64,000 nt of DNA from NCBI RefSeq assembly GCF_006345805.1, contig NC_043004.1, forward strand, positions 54,622,001 to 54,686,000, read 5' to 3'. Of this stretch, positions 13,440 through 25,851 are shown one piece after another. The stretch is from Octopus sinensis (taxonomy: Eukaryota). Below the pieces are notes generated by a model. The model ran no database searches. It saw nothing but the letters and a program-made list of their open reading frames with translations, and had not been told where the DNA came from. Position 1 is the first letter of the stretch. The number at the start of each line of letters is the position of its first letter. Both the position numbers and the translations under genes were made by a program.

Positions 13440-13760
13440 GTGTGTATGGCGGTTGTCTACTCCTTATGCAGTGTCTGACCACCTCTTGTACTTACACCTT
13501 AGATGCATCATGGCAGCTGATGTAGATTTTTAAACCATGCAATGTATTGAAAAGACACCCACATAGATTGCATATCTGATTTGAACCACCATGAGCTACA
13601 GATAAGTTCTGATCTTGTGAATCTTAAAATGGCTTTTGATGCCTCCGTTAGATTTGCAGACCTTATGGCATACACGGCATTGAAATATGTGCAGAGATAT
13701 ATAGGCAGAGTATTTGGAGGATGTTCGTTTTTCATGGTTCTACAAATGAGATGAGCCCAG
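13440..13760 (-). mobile_element. RTE-like LINE 3' end with C2H2 zinc finger
   Basis: Reverse strand 13685-13617 encodes FQCRVCHKVCKSNGGIKSHFKIH (C-x2-C-x12-H-x3-H), like RTE C-termini; no splice context seen. Confidence 0.5.
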
Positions 13761-13827
13761 CAAAAGAAGAGCATGGTCTGTTACAAAGTGTGTAAATATG
13801 TATATATATGTTTTTTGGTGAATTCTG

Positions 13828-13879
<52 letters not shown>

Positions 13880-14356
13880 ACGAGCAAAACGCCTCCCGTC
13901 CAATGGACGGTGCTGAGTTGTCAAACATTTAAACCTACCGTGCCATAGGCCTCCCCTTTGAGAAACACTGATTTAACCTAAATTTAAGACATCAGGAAAA
14001 GAAGAAATAAAGATAGACTTTTTTCTATTCCAAAGAAAAATGATTTTATTCACACAAATATGCACCCGAAGAGTTTAAAGTACCAGTAATGATAAGGTTG
14101 TTGACCGGGAGAACACAAACATGGTTTAGACAGTAAGCTTGGCAGGAAAGAAATGTGCCTTTAAGCAGTACAAAAACAACAAAAAATGGAAGGTGCAGTT
14201 ATGTAGAGGTTGACGGAAGAAAACCAGGACAAAAATGGCTTACCTGGAATCGAGTTTTTCAATTTTGTCAAGACTTATACACGCCCTGATACCGTCGGTA
14301 TCACATATCTAATTTGAGCGCAATCGGATGGAGGATGCCCGAGATCCGAGAAGACA

Positions 14357-14394
<38 letters not shown>

Positions 14395-14477
14395 TGGATT
14401 TTACATAAAAAGATATTATTTATATTTAAATCTTATTTTATTTATATTTTTAATTATATAGCTTTTAATTATTTATG

Positions 14478-14533
<56 letters not shown>

Positions 14534-14714
14534 TATATATATACATATACACATATATCATATATAGATAGATAGATATACATACATACGTGTGTGTGTG
14601 TTTTTTTTTTATAGTCCTACTATAGCAGCAGACACGTGAGTTACTCGATAATATCCTAAAACATGGCAGATATCTTATTGATTTTTACAAAATATTACAT
14701 TTGATAATAGTTCA

Positions 14715-14786
<72 letters not shown>

Positions 14787-14889
14787 ATCAATTATTTATA
14801 GCTCTATTCCTTTTGAACATTATTGTTCCTAAAAACAATATATACTTGTGTGTGTCCTTGTAAATGTATATTTATAACATATCTTTTTC

Positions 14890-15095
14890 TACAGGCAAAT
14901 ATCCGGAAATTTCGTGGTAGGTGTAAATCAATTACATCGACCCCAGTAACCTATTGGTACTTATTTTATCGACTCGAAATGAATGAAAAGTAAAGTCGAC
15001 TTTGGCAGCATTTGAACTCAAAACGTGAAGACGGACGAAATGCTGTAAGTATTTTGCCCGACGTACTAACGATTACGCCGGTTCACCGCCTTTAT
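14890..15095 (-). mobile_element. tRNA-derived SINE, family with GAGTTCAAAT/GTCGACTTTGC core
   Basis: Matches copies at 22340-22840, 34240-34440, 38083-38305, 41040-41250, 45760-45900 and 61075-61270. Confidence 0.7.
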
Positions 15096-15782
15096 ATCCT
15101 TTTATTTTAATATTGTAATGCTACGATGACCGACAAGCTAAGGAAAGTAACTGTCAGTAAAATTACTGGGCTGCCAGCATGACGTTAATCATGATCGGAG
15201 AGACACAAATGCAGACAGATAGAATTTAAGTATGGATTGATTTACACTGAGGGTGTTAGTATTGTGAAATAATAGTGTTCTCCCTTCAATATTCGCTGAA
15301 TGGTAATACCTCTGCATGTGGTGCGCCGATGTTCTGTTGGGAAACATCAAAAAGAAACATTGAGTGCATTGACTTTCAGTACTTGTTGCGATTCAATTAC
15401 TGTCTTTTAAAGACAACCCACCACCAGCATTTCGTGAACTATTCAGCAGATCCCTGGAGAACATCCGACACCACAATGAGTTAATATCGGTTACATTCAA
15501 GACTATAACAGGCAAACACAAAAACAGTATTGACCATAGTACCGATGTGCTCACAGAAAATATTCTTTACAAAGAACTGTTGTACCTACGTATATTTTCG
15601 GTTGCACATTTGTCCAACTTACGTACAACAGTGATTATATTTTCGTACACCTGGTATTACTATGTTTCTTTTTCTTTTTTTCTTGATATTCCCAGTTCTC
15701 ACATCAGATTAAGAATGACACAGTTTAGAAATTTCTAAGCCACCATCACAAAATTCGCTGAAAAAAAATCAACATTTTTATT

Positions 15783-16290
15783 GGCGCATAAGTGTATGGT
15801 TCAGACGCTTGCTTCCCAACCATGTGGTCTTGGGTTCAGTCCCACTCTGTAGCATTTTGAGCCTGTCTTTTCTACTATAATCTCATTTTGCAGCCTCTTT
15901 TTGGCAGACCAAAAGCTTGCGAGTGGATCTATATACTATAGATAGATACTATACTATCGATAGAGTGAACCAATCTACTTTTTGGCAGACCAAAAGCTTG
16001 TGAGTGGATCTAGCAGATGGAAAGTGAAAATACCCAAAATATATATCCATATGTGTGTAGGTGTGTGTGTGTGTGTGTGATGTGTGTTTTATCTGTGCGT
16101 ATGTGTCTTTGTGTTTCTGTTTGTCAGATGTTGCTTTGCTTACGTATCCGTAATTTAGCGGTTCTACAAAAGTTCCCAACAGAATAAGTACGAAACTTAG
16201 AAAACAAATAAATACTGGGGTCAATTTATTCGACTAAACACTTCAAGATGGTTCCCCAGCATGGCGACAATTCAACAACTAAAATTAGAA
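15783..16290 (+). mobile_element. tRNA-derived SINE (55507 family) with an internal duplication
   Basis: GGTTCAGTCCCACT B-box-like head; TTTTGGCAGACCAAAAGCTTG.GAGTGGATCTA present twice; central CA/TG tract. Confidence 0.7.
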
Positions 16291-17234
16291 ATAGATTCTA
16301 TCATCATGATTACTGAAAAAAAGTCAACATTTTGCAGCATAATAACAAGAAGTGGCTGTCTTTTATCGTAACTATAATCTAAACTCTGCAGACAACCATT
16401 ACAAACAAAATCCGTTTCTAGAAAAATCTACAAAATGTGAACACCCAGCAATACATAACAAGTTCAATATCGAAAACCCCAGGTTTTATTCAACGAGTAC
16501 ATTGTATTCGAAGCTTGCAAGGTGCAAGTGTGGCTGTGTGGTAAGAAGCTTGCTTCCACTGCGAATATGCGAGTAATTGTGGTGTTTAGCACCAAAGCGG
16601 TGAGACATGCTCTTGAAGCCGTCTCGAATTGAAAACTTTGAAGCTCCACTGTAAGGTAAGATTCTGTTTTTTTGGGTCCAGTGGGAATTTTTGCTGAGAT
16701 TTTTTTTTTTTTTGTACAGACAGGAAGTCCTACTAGATTCAGAATTCTGGTTCCACCTGCATGGAGCAAACATTTTTTCTCGCTTAATTGTGAGAATTTT
16801 TGTTTGGAGGCGTATTCGTCTTCCTAGTTAGCGGTTTACGTTGAGTGAATATTTTTCTCACTTAATTATGAGAATTGTTGCTTGGAGGAGTATTGTGCCT
16901 ACTAAAAACTTGTTCACTTTTTGAAGAATTTTAAAATAATTGTGAGAACTGCTGTTTGGGGAGAGTGTCTTTGCCTCCGAAGATTAAACAATTTGTATAC
17001 CAGTTTTTGTGGAAGTTGTGGCGTTCCGGGAGTACCGAATGGCCGGAAGATTTTTTTTTGCTGTGTTTCTGAACTATTGACTTTCTTCTAAACTTTATTT
17101 GACTTTCTCTTTTTCGTGAATTGTTTCCTTTTCTCCTTTCCATTTTGTTGTGACTTTCTTTTGATTTCTCTTTTCTTCACTCTTTTCAAGTTTTATTTTG
17201 AATTATTTTCGAACCGTTTAAAAAAAGTGGAACC

Positions 17235-18355
17235 ATGGCAATGAAAAAGGACAAACTTTTGGAGTGGGAGATTTTCCCGTACAAAAAGTGGTTGAAAGAC
17301 CGTGAAGATAGGACTGTGGTGTTGAGAACCTATTCGAAAAGACGGCAATTGAAGAGGAGTTGGCGGAGTATTTGCCAACAATTAAATTCATTTCCAGGGG
17401 TGTCAAATACGCAACAGTGTGGTTGCTATTTGATACCCCTGAAGAGGCTCGCAAATTTGCGAGTCAGCCCTTGGAGGGTGAGGAAATTTTATTTCTTCCC
17501 ACGTATTGTGGGAGGAGGTTGACGAAAGCTTGGGTCTGCGGATTGCCTCCCGGGGTAAAACCCGAGTGGATAGAAGAGACTATCCGCTGGGGTCTGGGTG
17601 GCAGCGGAGCCAAGCTCCTGAATGTGAAAGCTTTTCCTGCAGCTGATTGGGTTGGGTCAAAAGCTGTTTTGACCCTTTGGACCCAATCAGCCAATCTGGT
17701 TTTTCCAGATTTTTTGAAAACGGCTGGGTGCAAGTACCCAGTGATTCTTGAGGGTCGCTCACCTCCAGGTGTCATCGGTGCCTGGAGTTCGGCCTTATAA
17801 AGAAAGACTGTTCCCGGAAACAAAATAAGGTCCCGGAGCAGTTGAGTGAGAGCTCTGTAGAAGAGGAAATGAAGGCGGCCGAGGAGGCGGAGGACTCCTC
17901 AAACAGGGGTCGCAAGGGGAAGAAGGTGAGCAACAATGGGTGCTCACTGAAGGATCCTAGGGCTAAGGATGGGGAGGCGGATCTCCCGGTCACGAAGGGG
18001 ACGCACCCTCCCTCAGCTGAAAAGAGAAAAGAGGAAGTGAAACAGGACATTGCCGGCAGTCGGTGACATAGTACTGAAATGTCCCGGAACTACGTCAGTT
18101 GGGGTTGTGCCACCGGCAGGAGAAGAGACACAGTTGGTGGGAACTGTGCCGCCAACGGAAGAATTGGATATCCCGCCCCCGGAGGAAGACGAATTATTGA
18201 TCTTCTTCTATAGAGGCGGAGAGGTTGAAAAGGTGGTGGAAAATCACCATAAGGGAGCACCTTTAGCCTTCACACAAGATCCCGAATGGCCTCGACAGAT
18301 AGATGTGGAGGTCATAACGTTTGACGTGATGTTTAGGCTGAAAGGGGCTCAATGA
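17235..18355 (+). pseudogene. Orphan Tx1/L1-type ORF1 homolog (three frameshifts), no ORF2 downstream
   Basis: ISRGVKYATVWLLF...ARKFAS...PTYCGRRLTKAWVCGLP...DWVG...VILEGRSPRCHRCLEFGLIKKDC aligns by eye with LINE ORF1 ISWGNKFGTVQVRF...AKRFST...PVYLNKRVTKVQIKNIP...IVVEGKRPRCYLCGSETHLKKTC. Confidence 0.75.
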
Positions 18356-18489
18356 GAAATATCGCTTGTACCCGGGCGACGCCGACACGGAAACCGCTTT
18401 AATCTTGAATGAGGCGTGGAGAATGGAGGATGCAGGCACAAGCGATGTTGAGGGTGAGTTATAAATTGTGGCACTGTGAGACACAAACA

Positions 18490-18900
18490 TTTTTTAAAAT
18501 TGAGAAATGCGCAAAGCAACTACTACCACAATTTTTAATCTTTCCATTTTACCAATGTGCTATCGGATCATCAACACAAATTAGACTAAACGAGGAAACA
18601 TTCTTCATTGAAAAGTACAAGCCCAGACTTAACCATGCCAACATACTGATACAGAGAAATTCACACCAAGGGAAAGGAAAAACAAATTTTTTAATTTTAA
18701 GCGATTATCTCCCTTACACCGGAAGAAATCACTCATTACCTCCCCTTATTTAGAACTCTTTTAAACATAAACATAAAGATAACTCTGTTCAAGATAAACA
18801 TAACGTCGCAAGAAATTTGAAAAGCTAAACGCGAAACCGGTCTTTCTTCTAAATTATGTCAGTGTAAGAAAAAAATTTTTAATATTCTTCAGACATATTG
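18490..18900 (+). mobile_element. PLE 3' fragment (GIY-YIG C-terminus + 3' UTR)
   Basis: IEKCAKQLLPQFLIFPFYQC...RLNEETFFIEKYKPRLN matches 53166-53330 (IEKCADNIKPNFTVFPFYQC...RLNNETFFIEKYRTRLN); shares TTATCTCCCTTAC and GCGAAACCGGTC. Confidence 0.8.
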
Positions 18901-19018
18901 ACGCAAATATATATATTTTTTAACCTTTAAGCCTTCTGTAGTTTTTTCACTTTTTACTATTTTCTATATATTCAACCACGTGCTTTCACAAACCAACTTC
19001 TTATATATATATATATAT

Positions 19019-19063
<45 letters not shown>

Positions 19064-19367
19064 AATGAGGGTGAAAAATTGATATTAATTTAATAATACC
19101 ATTAATTTAACACCGAGTGGCTTAGCACAAAAACTACGGAGAAAATACAAATTTATACATAATTTAGAGTTAACCACTATGTGGATAACTCTATTGCTAA
19201 AAATAGCCCCGATAGTACAGCCACAGAAAAGATGTTTCCAATCAGAAATAACATACATTTAACGGAAGGAAAGTGAAATATAACGAATAAATAAATATTT
19301 TTAGCACAAGAGTTATCCACATAGTGGTTATATATATATATAATATCCATATATCCATATATATATC

Positions 19368-19399
<32 letters not shown>

Positions 19400-19440
19400 A
19401 TATACATACATTTATATATATATATGTGTGTGTGTATGTA

Positions 19441-20733
19441 CGAGGGGCGTTCAATAAGTAATGTCCCTGACCCACTTCCCATAGCAGTAGAGCAACGAAA
19501 CTTGGCACAGTTATTAGTCTTTTTCTACATAGGAACCACCCAGAGTTATGCATTTCTCCCATCGTTTGATGCAACTCTGGAGACCGTTTTTGTAGAAGAC
19601 CCCAGCTTGGTCCTCCAACCACGACGTGACTTCAGAAATCAAGGCTGCATCATCTGGGAAACGCTTTCCTTTCAAAAACAACTTCATGGCTGGGAAGAGG
19701 TGAAAATCAGAGGGTGCAAGGTCAGGAGAGTAGGGGGGATGCGGGAGGAGTTTATAGCTGCACGCCCGTGCTTCTGATCTGGTGACAGGCGAGTTGTGGA
19801 CCGGAGCATTGTCCTGCAGGAGGAGGATGCCTTTGCTGATCTTGCCCCGCCACTTGATTTTGATAGCTTCTCTTAATTTCCTCAAAAGTGAAGCATAATA
19901 GGATCCTGTATTTGTGGTACCCTTTGCCAGGAAATCTGTCGTCACTACTCCGTCCTGGTCCCAGAAGACTGTGAGCATGACCTTGCCAGCGGAGGGCTGC
20001 ACCCTTGCCTTCTTTAGAGGAGGTGAGTCACGGTGCTTCCACTGCATTGACTGAGCTTTGGTCTCTGGATCATAGTGATGGATCCAGGTTTCATCCTGTG
20101 TAATCAGTCTTTTGAAAAATTTTGACTCATCTTCTTGGCACATCTCCAAATTCATCCTCGAGCACTCAACGCGTTATTGCTTCTGGAAAGGTGTGAGCAG
20201 CCTGGGAATTCATCTGACAGACACCTTTTGCATATGCAAATGGTCATGAATGATAGTTTCCACAGACCCGGTACTAATCTTGACCTCATGGGCTATTTGG
20301 CGAATAGTTATGCGTCGATCTTCCAAAATGGCAGCCTCAACTTGACGGACAGATGCCTCATCAATGGCAGAAGGGGGGCGACCAGATCTAGGAGCTGTTT
20401 CCACAGAGTTCCGACCATGTTTGAATTCACGATGCCAGCGTTTTACAAGGTCATATGATGGGGCATCATCACCATAAGTTACTTTCATTTCATCAAAAGT
20501 CTCCCGTGGGGTGCGTTCTTTCAAATACAAAAACCGGATCACTGCTCGACACTCAACAGGCTCCATTTCACACTTGACTCAGTTCAAACACCTGTAAATC
20601 AGAAACCACAATTAGTTCAGAGCTGTAATTTGTCACTTAATCTATAGAGATATAAATAATTGCACATGCAAAATTTCAGCTAGGTCAAACAACTGCAAGT
20701 GGGTCAGGGGCATTACTTATTGAACCTCCCTCG
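19441..20733 (-). mobile_element. Full-length mariner DNA transposon (1293 bp)
   Basis: 33-bp TIRs CGAGGG(GC/AG)GTTCAATAAGTAATG(T/C)CCCTGACCC with 3 mismatches; TA on both sides (19439-19440, 20734-20735). Confidence 0.95.
19514..20566 (-). pseudogene. Mariner DD34D transposase, 350 codons with two in-frame stops
   Basis: HTH N-terminus, *IPRLL (WVPRLL motif), QDETW, QDNAPVH, HPPYSPDLAPSD; 34 residues between the 2nd and 3rd Asp; the two track ORFs are in the same frame. Confidence 0.93.
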
Positions 20734-21339
20734 TATGTATATTTGTATGCATACTTATATAGAGACGTATATATGTGCGTATGTGTCTGTGTGTGTGTAT
20801 ACACGTTTATATGTACATATGTATATATTTCTATACGATGTGTATCACTAAATCGTTCATTGTCTAATATAAATATTGACTCTTCAATCACTTATTCACA
20901 CGTTTCTTGCTGAAGTCCATTGAGAATCTTCACATTTGTCAAAGTAATACCTCAGAGAATGTCAAATCAAAACTAAGATATCAAGCATCATAAATAAACT
21001 TTTTTGTAGATTCATACCTATTGCTCTTAGTAGAGTGGAATTAGATTTTCTGCACTTTTAATTTATAATCATTTTGAGCGATACATTCATGACCCCCAAG
21101 ATAGACGAGAGTTAAATAGGTCGAAGACGTATATTTTTAGGCTTTCAAACACTCATTTAGCTTCTATATGGTTACAGAAGCCGAACTGCTTTAGAGATTA
21201 ACTAATTTATTTCTTAAAAAGTATATACATCTATACACATTAATTTATTCATGTGATCTGCTTCGTGTTATCTTTTATCTTTAATATTTTTACTGGTTTC
21301 AGTCAAGGCCGAGGTTATGCTGGAATATTGCTTTTCAGC

Positions 21340-21870
21340 GTATTTGGATTTGTTTTTGATGAAGTATTGAATCGTATGGAGCTGATCTTTGTGACTCCTA
21401 CCGCGATGTGGGCACATCTGGTAAAACTTTATCTTGATGCTCTTTGAAGATCTTTACATCTACACCTCGCAAATCTCTGACGTTGTTTGGCAGTATGTTG
21501 ATTAATTGTGGGCCCTTGGAACCCAAGCTGTTACTGGACGGGATCCTTATTCAAGTTGGAGAAAACAGGATCTTTGGTATTATGAAGTGGGTCCAGTTCG
21601 GGGATTTTTATAGCTTTCAGTCCGTAAGTAAAGAACTCAACCTTCCAGTATCTTCCATATGTATATTACTGCACATCTTTCACGCCTTCTCTCTAGTTCT
21701 TGTAGCCTCTCTCAGTAGCTCATCTGTTTCACTAAGTCAATCTTCTTTGTGTGGTAGACTGGATTGCCTCAAGTTCCGCCACCAATTTCACGGTCCGTGG
21801 AGACCACAATTGGGAGCAATACTCCGTCGTGTACAAGGCTTTTCAGAAGCTCTGTACACGACGTTAAAAA
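21340..21870 (-). mobile_element. Decayed CR1/L2-like LINE 3' end
   Basis: Reverse-strand fragments resembling YCSQLWSP...LEAIQ...MSY.ERL...ERRRER...IYIWKILEG...GPQLINILPNNVRDLRGVDVKIFK. Confidence 0.6.
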
Positions 21871-22053
21871 GAATCACACGCAATTTGACAGACAGAAACT
21901 GTAAAAAAAAACATAAAAATAAAAACAGTCCAGCTGGTACACGCTATTCATGTGCTTGCTGTACTCTTATCAAACAGGTAGTCACAAAGGGAATACAGGG
22001 CTTCGTATATATTACCCAGTGTCATTTTAATGGCATGCACTGCTCTCTCACTC

Positions 22054-22078
22054 AATAATAATAATAATAATTATAATG

Positions 22079-22140
<62 letters not shown>
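22054..22140. repeat. (AAT)n microsatellite
   Basis: About 29 trinucleotide units with two interruptions. Confidence 0.97.
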
Positions 22141-22142
<2 letters not shown>

Positions 22143-22332
22143 CCAATCTCAAAAACCATCTGAAAACTTTGGAAATACTCTACAACCTAGGTGTATTGCA
22201 AAAGTCGGTATTACTTGGAACTGTACGCATACTGCGTAAAGTACCGTCTGTCTGACTTGACAAACAGTACAAACCACCGGTAGATACAATATTTTCAATC
22301 AACAACCTCGATATACTGTGCGTCGTATGTAC
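22141..22332 (+). mobile_element. 5'-truncated R4/Dong-like non-LTR retrotransposon 3' end
   Basis: 22142-22255 encodes PNLKNHLKTLEILYNLGVLQKSVLLGTVRILRKVPSV*, the QKxxLLGTxRILRK C-terminus of R4-clade ORFs; (AAT)n upstream and TAATAATAAT downstream. Confidence 0.65.
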
Positions 22333-22339
22333 TAATAAT

Positions 22340-22840
22340 AATTTCAAATTTTGCCACAAAGCCAGCAATTTTGGAGGAGTGGGTAAATTGTTTGTGTCGA
22401 TCCCAGTACTCAACTGGTACTTATTTTATCGAAAGGATTAAACGCAAAGTCGACCTCAGCAGAATTTGAACTCCTTGTTAATCCTTTCTACTTTCGGCAG
22501 AAAGTTTGAAATTTTGAGATAAGAGTTTAATCGATTACATCAACGCCAGTGGTACTTATTTCATCGACACCGAGGGATAAAACACAAAGTCGACCATAGC
22601 AGAATTTGAACACACAACGTAATATTTTCTACTCTAGGCACAAGGTCCGAAATTTTGGGAGAGAGTCCAGTCAATTAGATCGACCCCAGTATTCAACTGG
22701 TATTTAATTTATCGACCCCGAAAGGATGAAAAGCAAAGTCAACCTCGGCCGAATTTGAAATCAGAACGTAATGACGGAAAAAATGACGCTAGGTATTTTG
22801 CCCGGCGTGCTAATGATTCTGCCAGCTCGCCGCCTTAATA
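22340..22840 (-). mobile_element. Three tandem copies or fragments of the GAGTTCAAAT-family SINE
   Basis: Repeated AAATTTTG...GTCGAT..CCCAGT..CTGGTACTTATT...AAAGTCGACC...GAATTTGAA blocks. Confidence 0.75.
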
Positions 22841-23292
22841 AGGATAATAATAGTAATGAAAATAATTACAGATTATAATCGATAAAAAATGGTTTCCTCC
22901 CAAACCAACAAGTCTAGAACAGCCAGAGAAAGGAATGAAAAATATATATATCTGTGTGTGTATGTATATGTATATACATACATATATATAAGCATTCATA
23001 TATAGGTACATATATATTAGGGTGAGGGAGTGCGAGAGGGAGGGAGAGAGAATCTTGATGTTGGTCTGGTAAGATTATGAAGAGATATAAAAATTGCTAT
23101 AGTATCATGTTGTTAATACAAATGATAAATATATAAACACTATCAACAATAGGAAATATATAAACAAGGAAACGAAGACGATGGCGATCAATATTGAATA
23201 TTTATATATATTTATATAGATATGTATATATATATATATGTGTGTGTGTGTGTACATAAATATATTTGTATGTATATATATACACACACACG

Positions 23293-23333
<41 letters not shown>

Positions 23334-23405
23334 GTATATATAATATATACATATATATATATATGTGTATGTGTGTATATATATATTTACATATATACGT
23401 ATATC

Positions 23406-23474
<69 letters not shown>

Positions 23475-23497
23475 ATATATGTATATATATGCATATA

Positions 23498-23529
<32 letters not shown>

Positions 23530-23700
23530 CTATATATATATACGCACACATAAAATATTAAATGAGAAAAACTTGATTTATAACAACAGATGTAAACTGG
23601 TGTAATAACATATTAAACCTTTTTAGCTTTTGTTTTTCTATTAGTTTTTGTGATCATATGTATATCTGTGTATGTATGTATATATATATATATATATAAT

Positions 23701-23743
<43 letters not shown>

Positions 23744-23845
23744 ATATATCCATATATGTATATGATACGTATATATATATGCATATAATATGTGTGTGTG
23801 TATTATCTATTTATATATGCGTCTATATGAAAATCTATTTATGTG

Positions 23846-23884
<39 letters not shown>

Positions 23885-23942
23885 TATAATATATATAAAT
23901 GTAAATATGAATATTATAAATACATATACAGATAGATGGATG

Positions 23943-23984
<42 letters not shown>

Positions 23985-24003
23985 AACGTATGTATTTATT
24001 CAC

Positions 24004-24034
<31 letters not shown>

Positions 24035-24181
24035 TGTATGTATGTATGTATGTGTTTGTATGTATGTATGCGCATAAATATAGAAAAATGTATATCGGAA
24101 TATGATATGTATTAATATTTATATCGCTTTACAAAAATGTAAATATATTGGTTTTTGAATATATATAAATTTATATAACCG

Positions 24182-24220
<39 letters not shown>

Positions 24221-24526
24221 TATGTGTGTGCGCGTCTGTTTGTATGTGCGCGTGTGTATGTGTGTGTATGTGCGTGTGTGTGTGTAAAATAAATATAAGA
24301 AGCAAACAGCATAGTTTGAAGAATGATGTATGATTAAGTTTGACAGAACACGTTAATTATTGCTGATAGCCTGTCGAATATATCTCTACCTCATCTCTTT
24401 CCCTATCTGCCTATCTGTGTATCTATCTCTCAGTCTATGTCTTCTGTATGTATGTATGTACTCAAATATTTTTTCGTGGTTTAATATTTCTTTATAACCA
24501 CGTCAGATAGATTAGAGATGAATATG

Positions 24527-24571
<45 letters not shown>

Positions 24572-24572
<1 letters not shown>

Positions 24573-25241
24573 TGTTTCTTTATTAGCCACACAGGGCTGC
24601 ACACAGATAGAACAAATTACAAGGTAGAGCTTTTCTTTTGAAGGTTAAAAAAAAAAAAAAAAAAAAAAAAAGGAAGGGGGAGTTCGATCAAAAGGGATCG
24701 TAAAAGGAGAGAAAGAGGACAAAAAAAAGGGGGGTTAAAAAAAAAAAAAAGGGGGAGAGGAAAAAAAAAATTGATCAATAGGGATCGTTATCACAGAAAT
24801 GTCAATATGAAGTGTAAAGGGGAGGACAGGTGAGGTTTACCCGTGGAAAGAAAAGCCTACGGAAAAGACCACGGTAACCTCGGTCAATGAAGTCACATTT
24901 TATATTTCTTTTTTTTTTTTTTTTTTTTTGCAAATAAGCAACTCTCTGTTTTCGATTTCTGGGTTCATAGGACTATGCTCAAGGTGGCTTCGTCATTCAT
25001 ACGTGCCATTCTTATCATTCACCCTCTTTTTAAAACATTCGCTAGACAAAACTTGCCTCTCTACTCTCACTTTCCTTTTCAAGTGGTACTTGAGAAGTTG
25101 ATGAGAGATTGACCAGAGAGGAAAGTGTTTGTCTCCAATCCTTTCAGACGCGTCCACCAGATACATTCTTCGCCATAGCCACAAGGATGATGAAAATAGC
25201 TCTTCCTTCCCGTTTGAAGGAAGGAGGCGGACAATATTGAC

Positions 25242-25246
<5 letters not shown>
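24572..25246 (-). mobile_element. Tx1-like LINE 3' stub (675 bp)
   Basis: Colinear with 1267-1922; the 5' junction TATTGACGATAG merges into AGAT by microhomology; AGAT on both sides. Confidence 0.9.
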
Positions 25247-25328
<82 letters not shown>

Positions 25329-25329
<1 letters not shown>

Positions 25330-25480
25330 TGTTTATTTATTAGCCACACAGGGCTGCACACAGATAGAACAAATACAGGTAGGGCTTTTCTTTTGAAAGT
25401 TAAAAAAAAAAAAGGAGGGGGAGAAAGAGGACAAAAAAGGGGGGAGGTAAAACAAAGGGGGAGAGGAAAAAAATTGGTCA

Positions 25481-25483
<3 letters not shown>
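25329..25483 (-). mobile_element. Tx1-like LINE 3' stub (155 bp)
   Basis: 3' end on AGAT, 5' end on (ATGT)n; shares a 3' UTR deletion and the GTTTATTTATT variant with copy 2. Confidence 0.85.
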
Positions 25484-25511
<28 letters not shown>

Positions 25512-25757
25512 TGTATCTATGTATGTATGTATGTATGTATCTATGTATGTATGTATGTATGTATGTATGTATGTAGGTATGTATGTAGGTATGTATTTAT
25601 GTATGTATGTATGTATGTGCTGTTTGTGCGTGTGTGTGTGTGTTATTTGTTCTGATATATAGTCACATTATATTTAATTTGTTCTTTCATACTCAAATAT
25701 TTTTTCGTGGTTTAATATTTCTTTATAACCACGTCAGATAGATTAGAGATGAATATG

Positions 25758-25850
<93 letters not shown>

Positions 25851-25851
<1 letters not shown>

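Noticed and set aside
13617-13685. C2H2 finger as an exon of a host zinc-finger gene
   Set aside because: It is a single finger with no TGEKP linker or splice signals and fits an RTE C-terminus better.
14244-14308. Minus-strand 65-nt exon candidate (ICDTDGIRACISLDKIEKLDS) with a GTAAGC donor
   Set aside because: The acceptor has no polypyrimidine tract, the peptide is not recognised, and no partner exon was found.
16775-16970. Repeat-spacer pattern suggesting CRISPR
   Set aside because: Only three strongly diverged repeats in a eukaryotic retroelement leader, with no cas genes.
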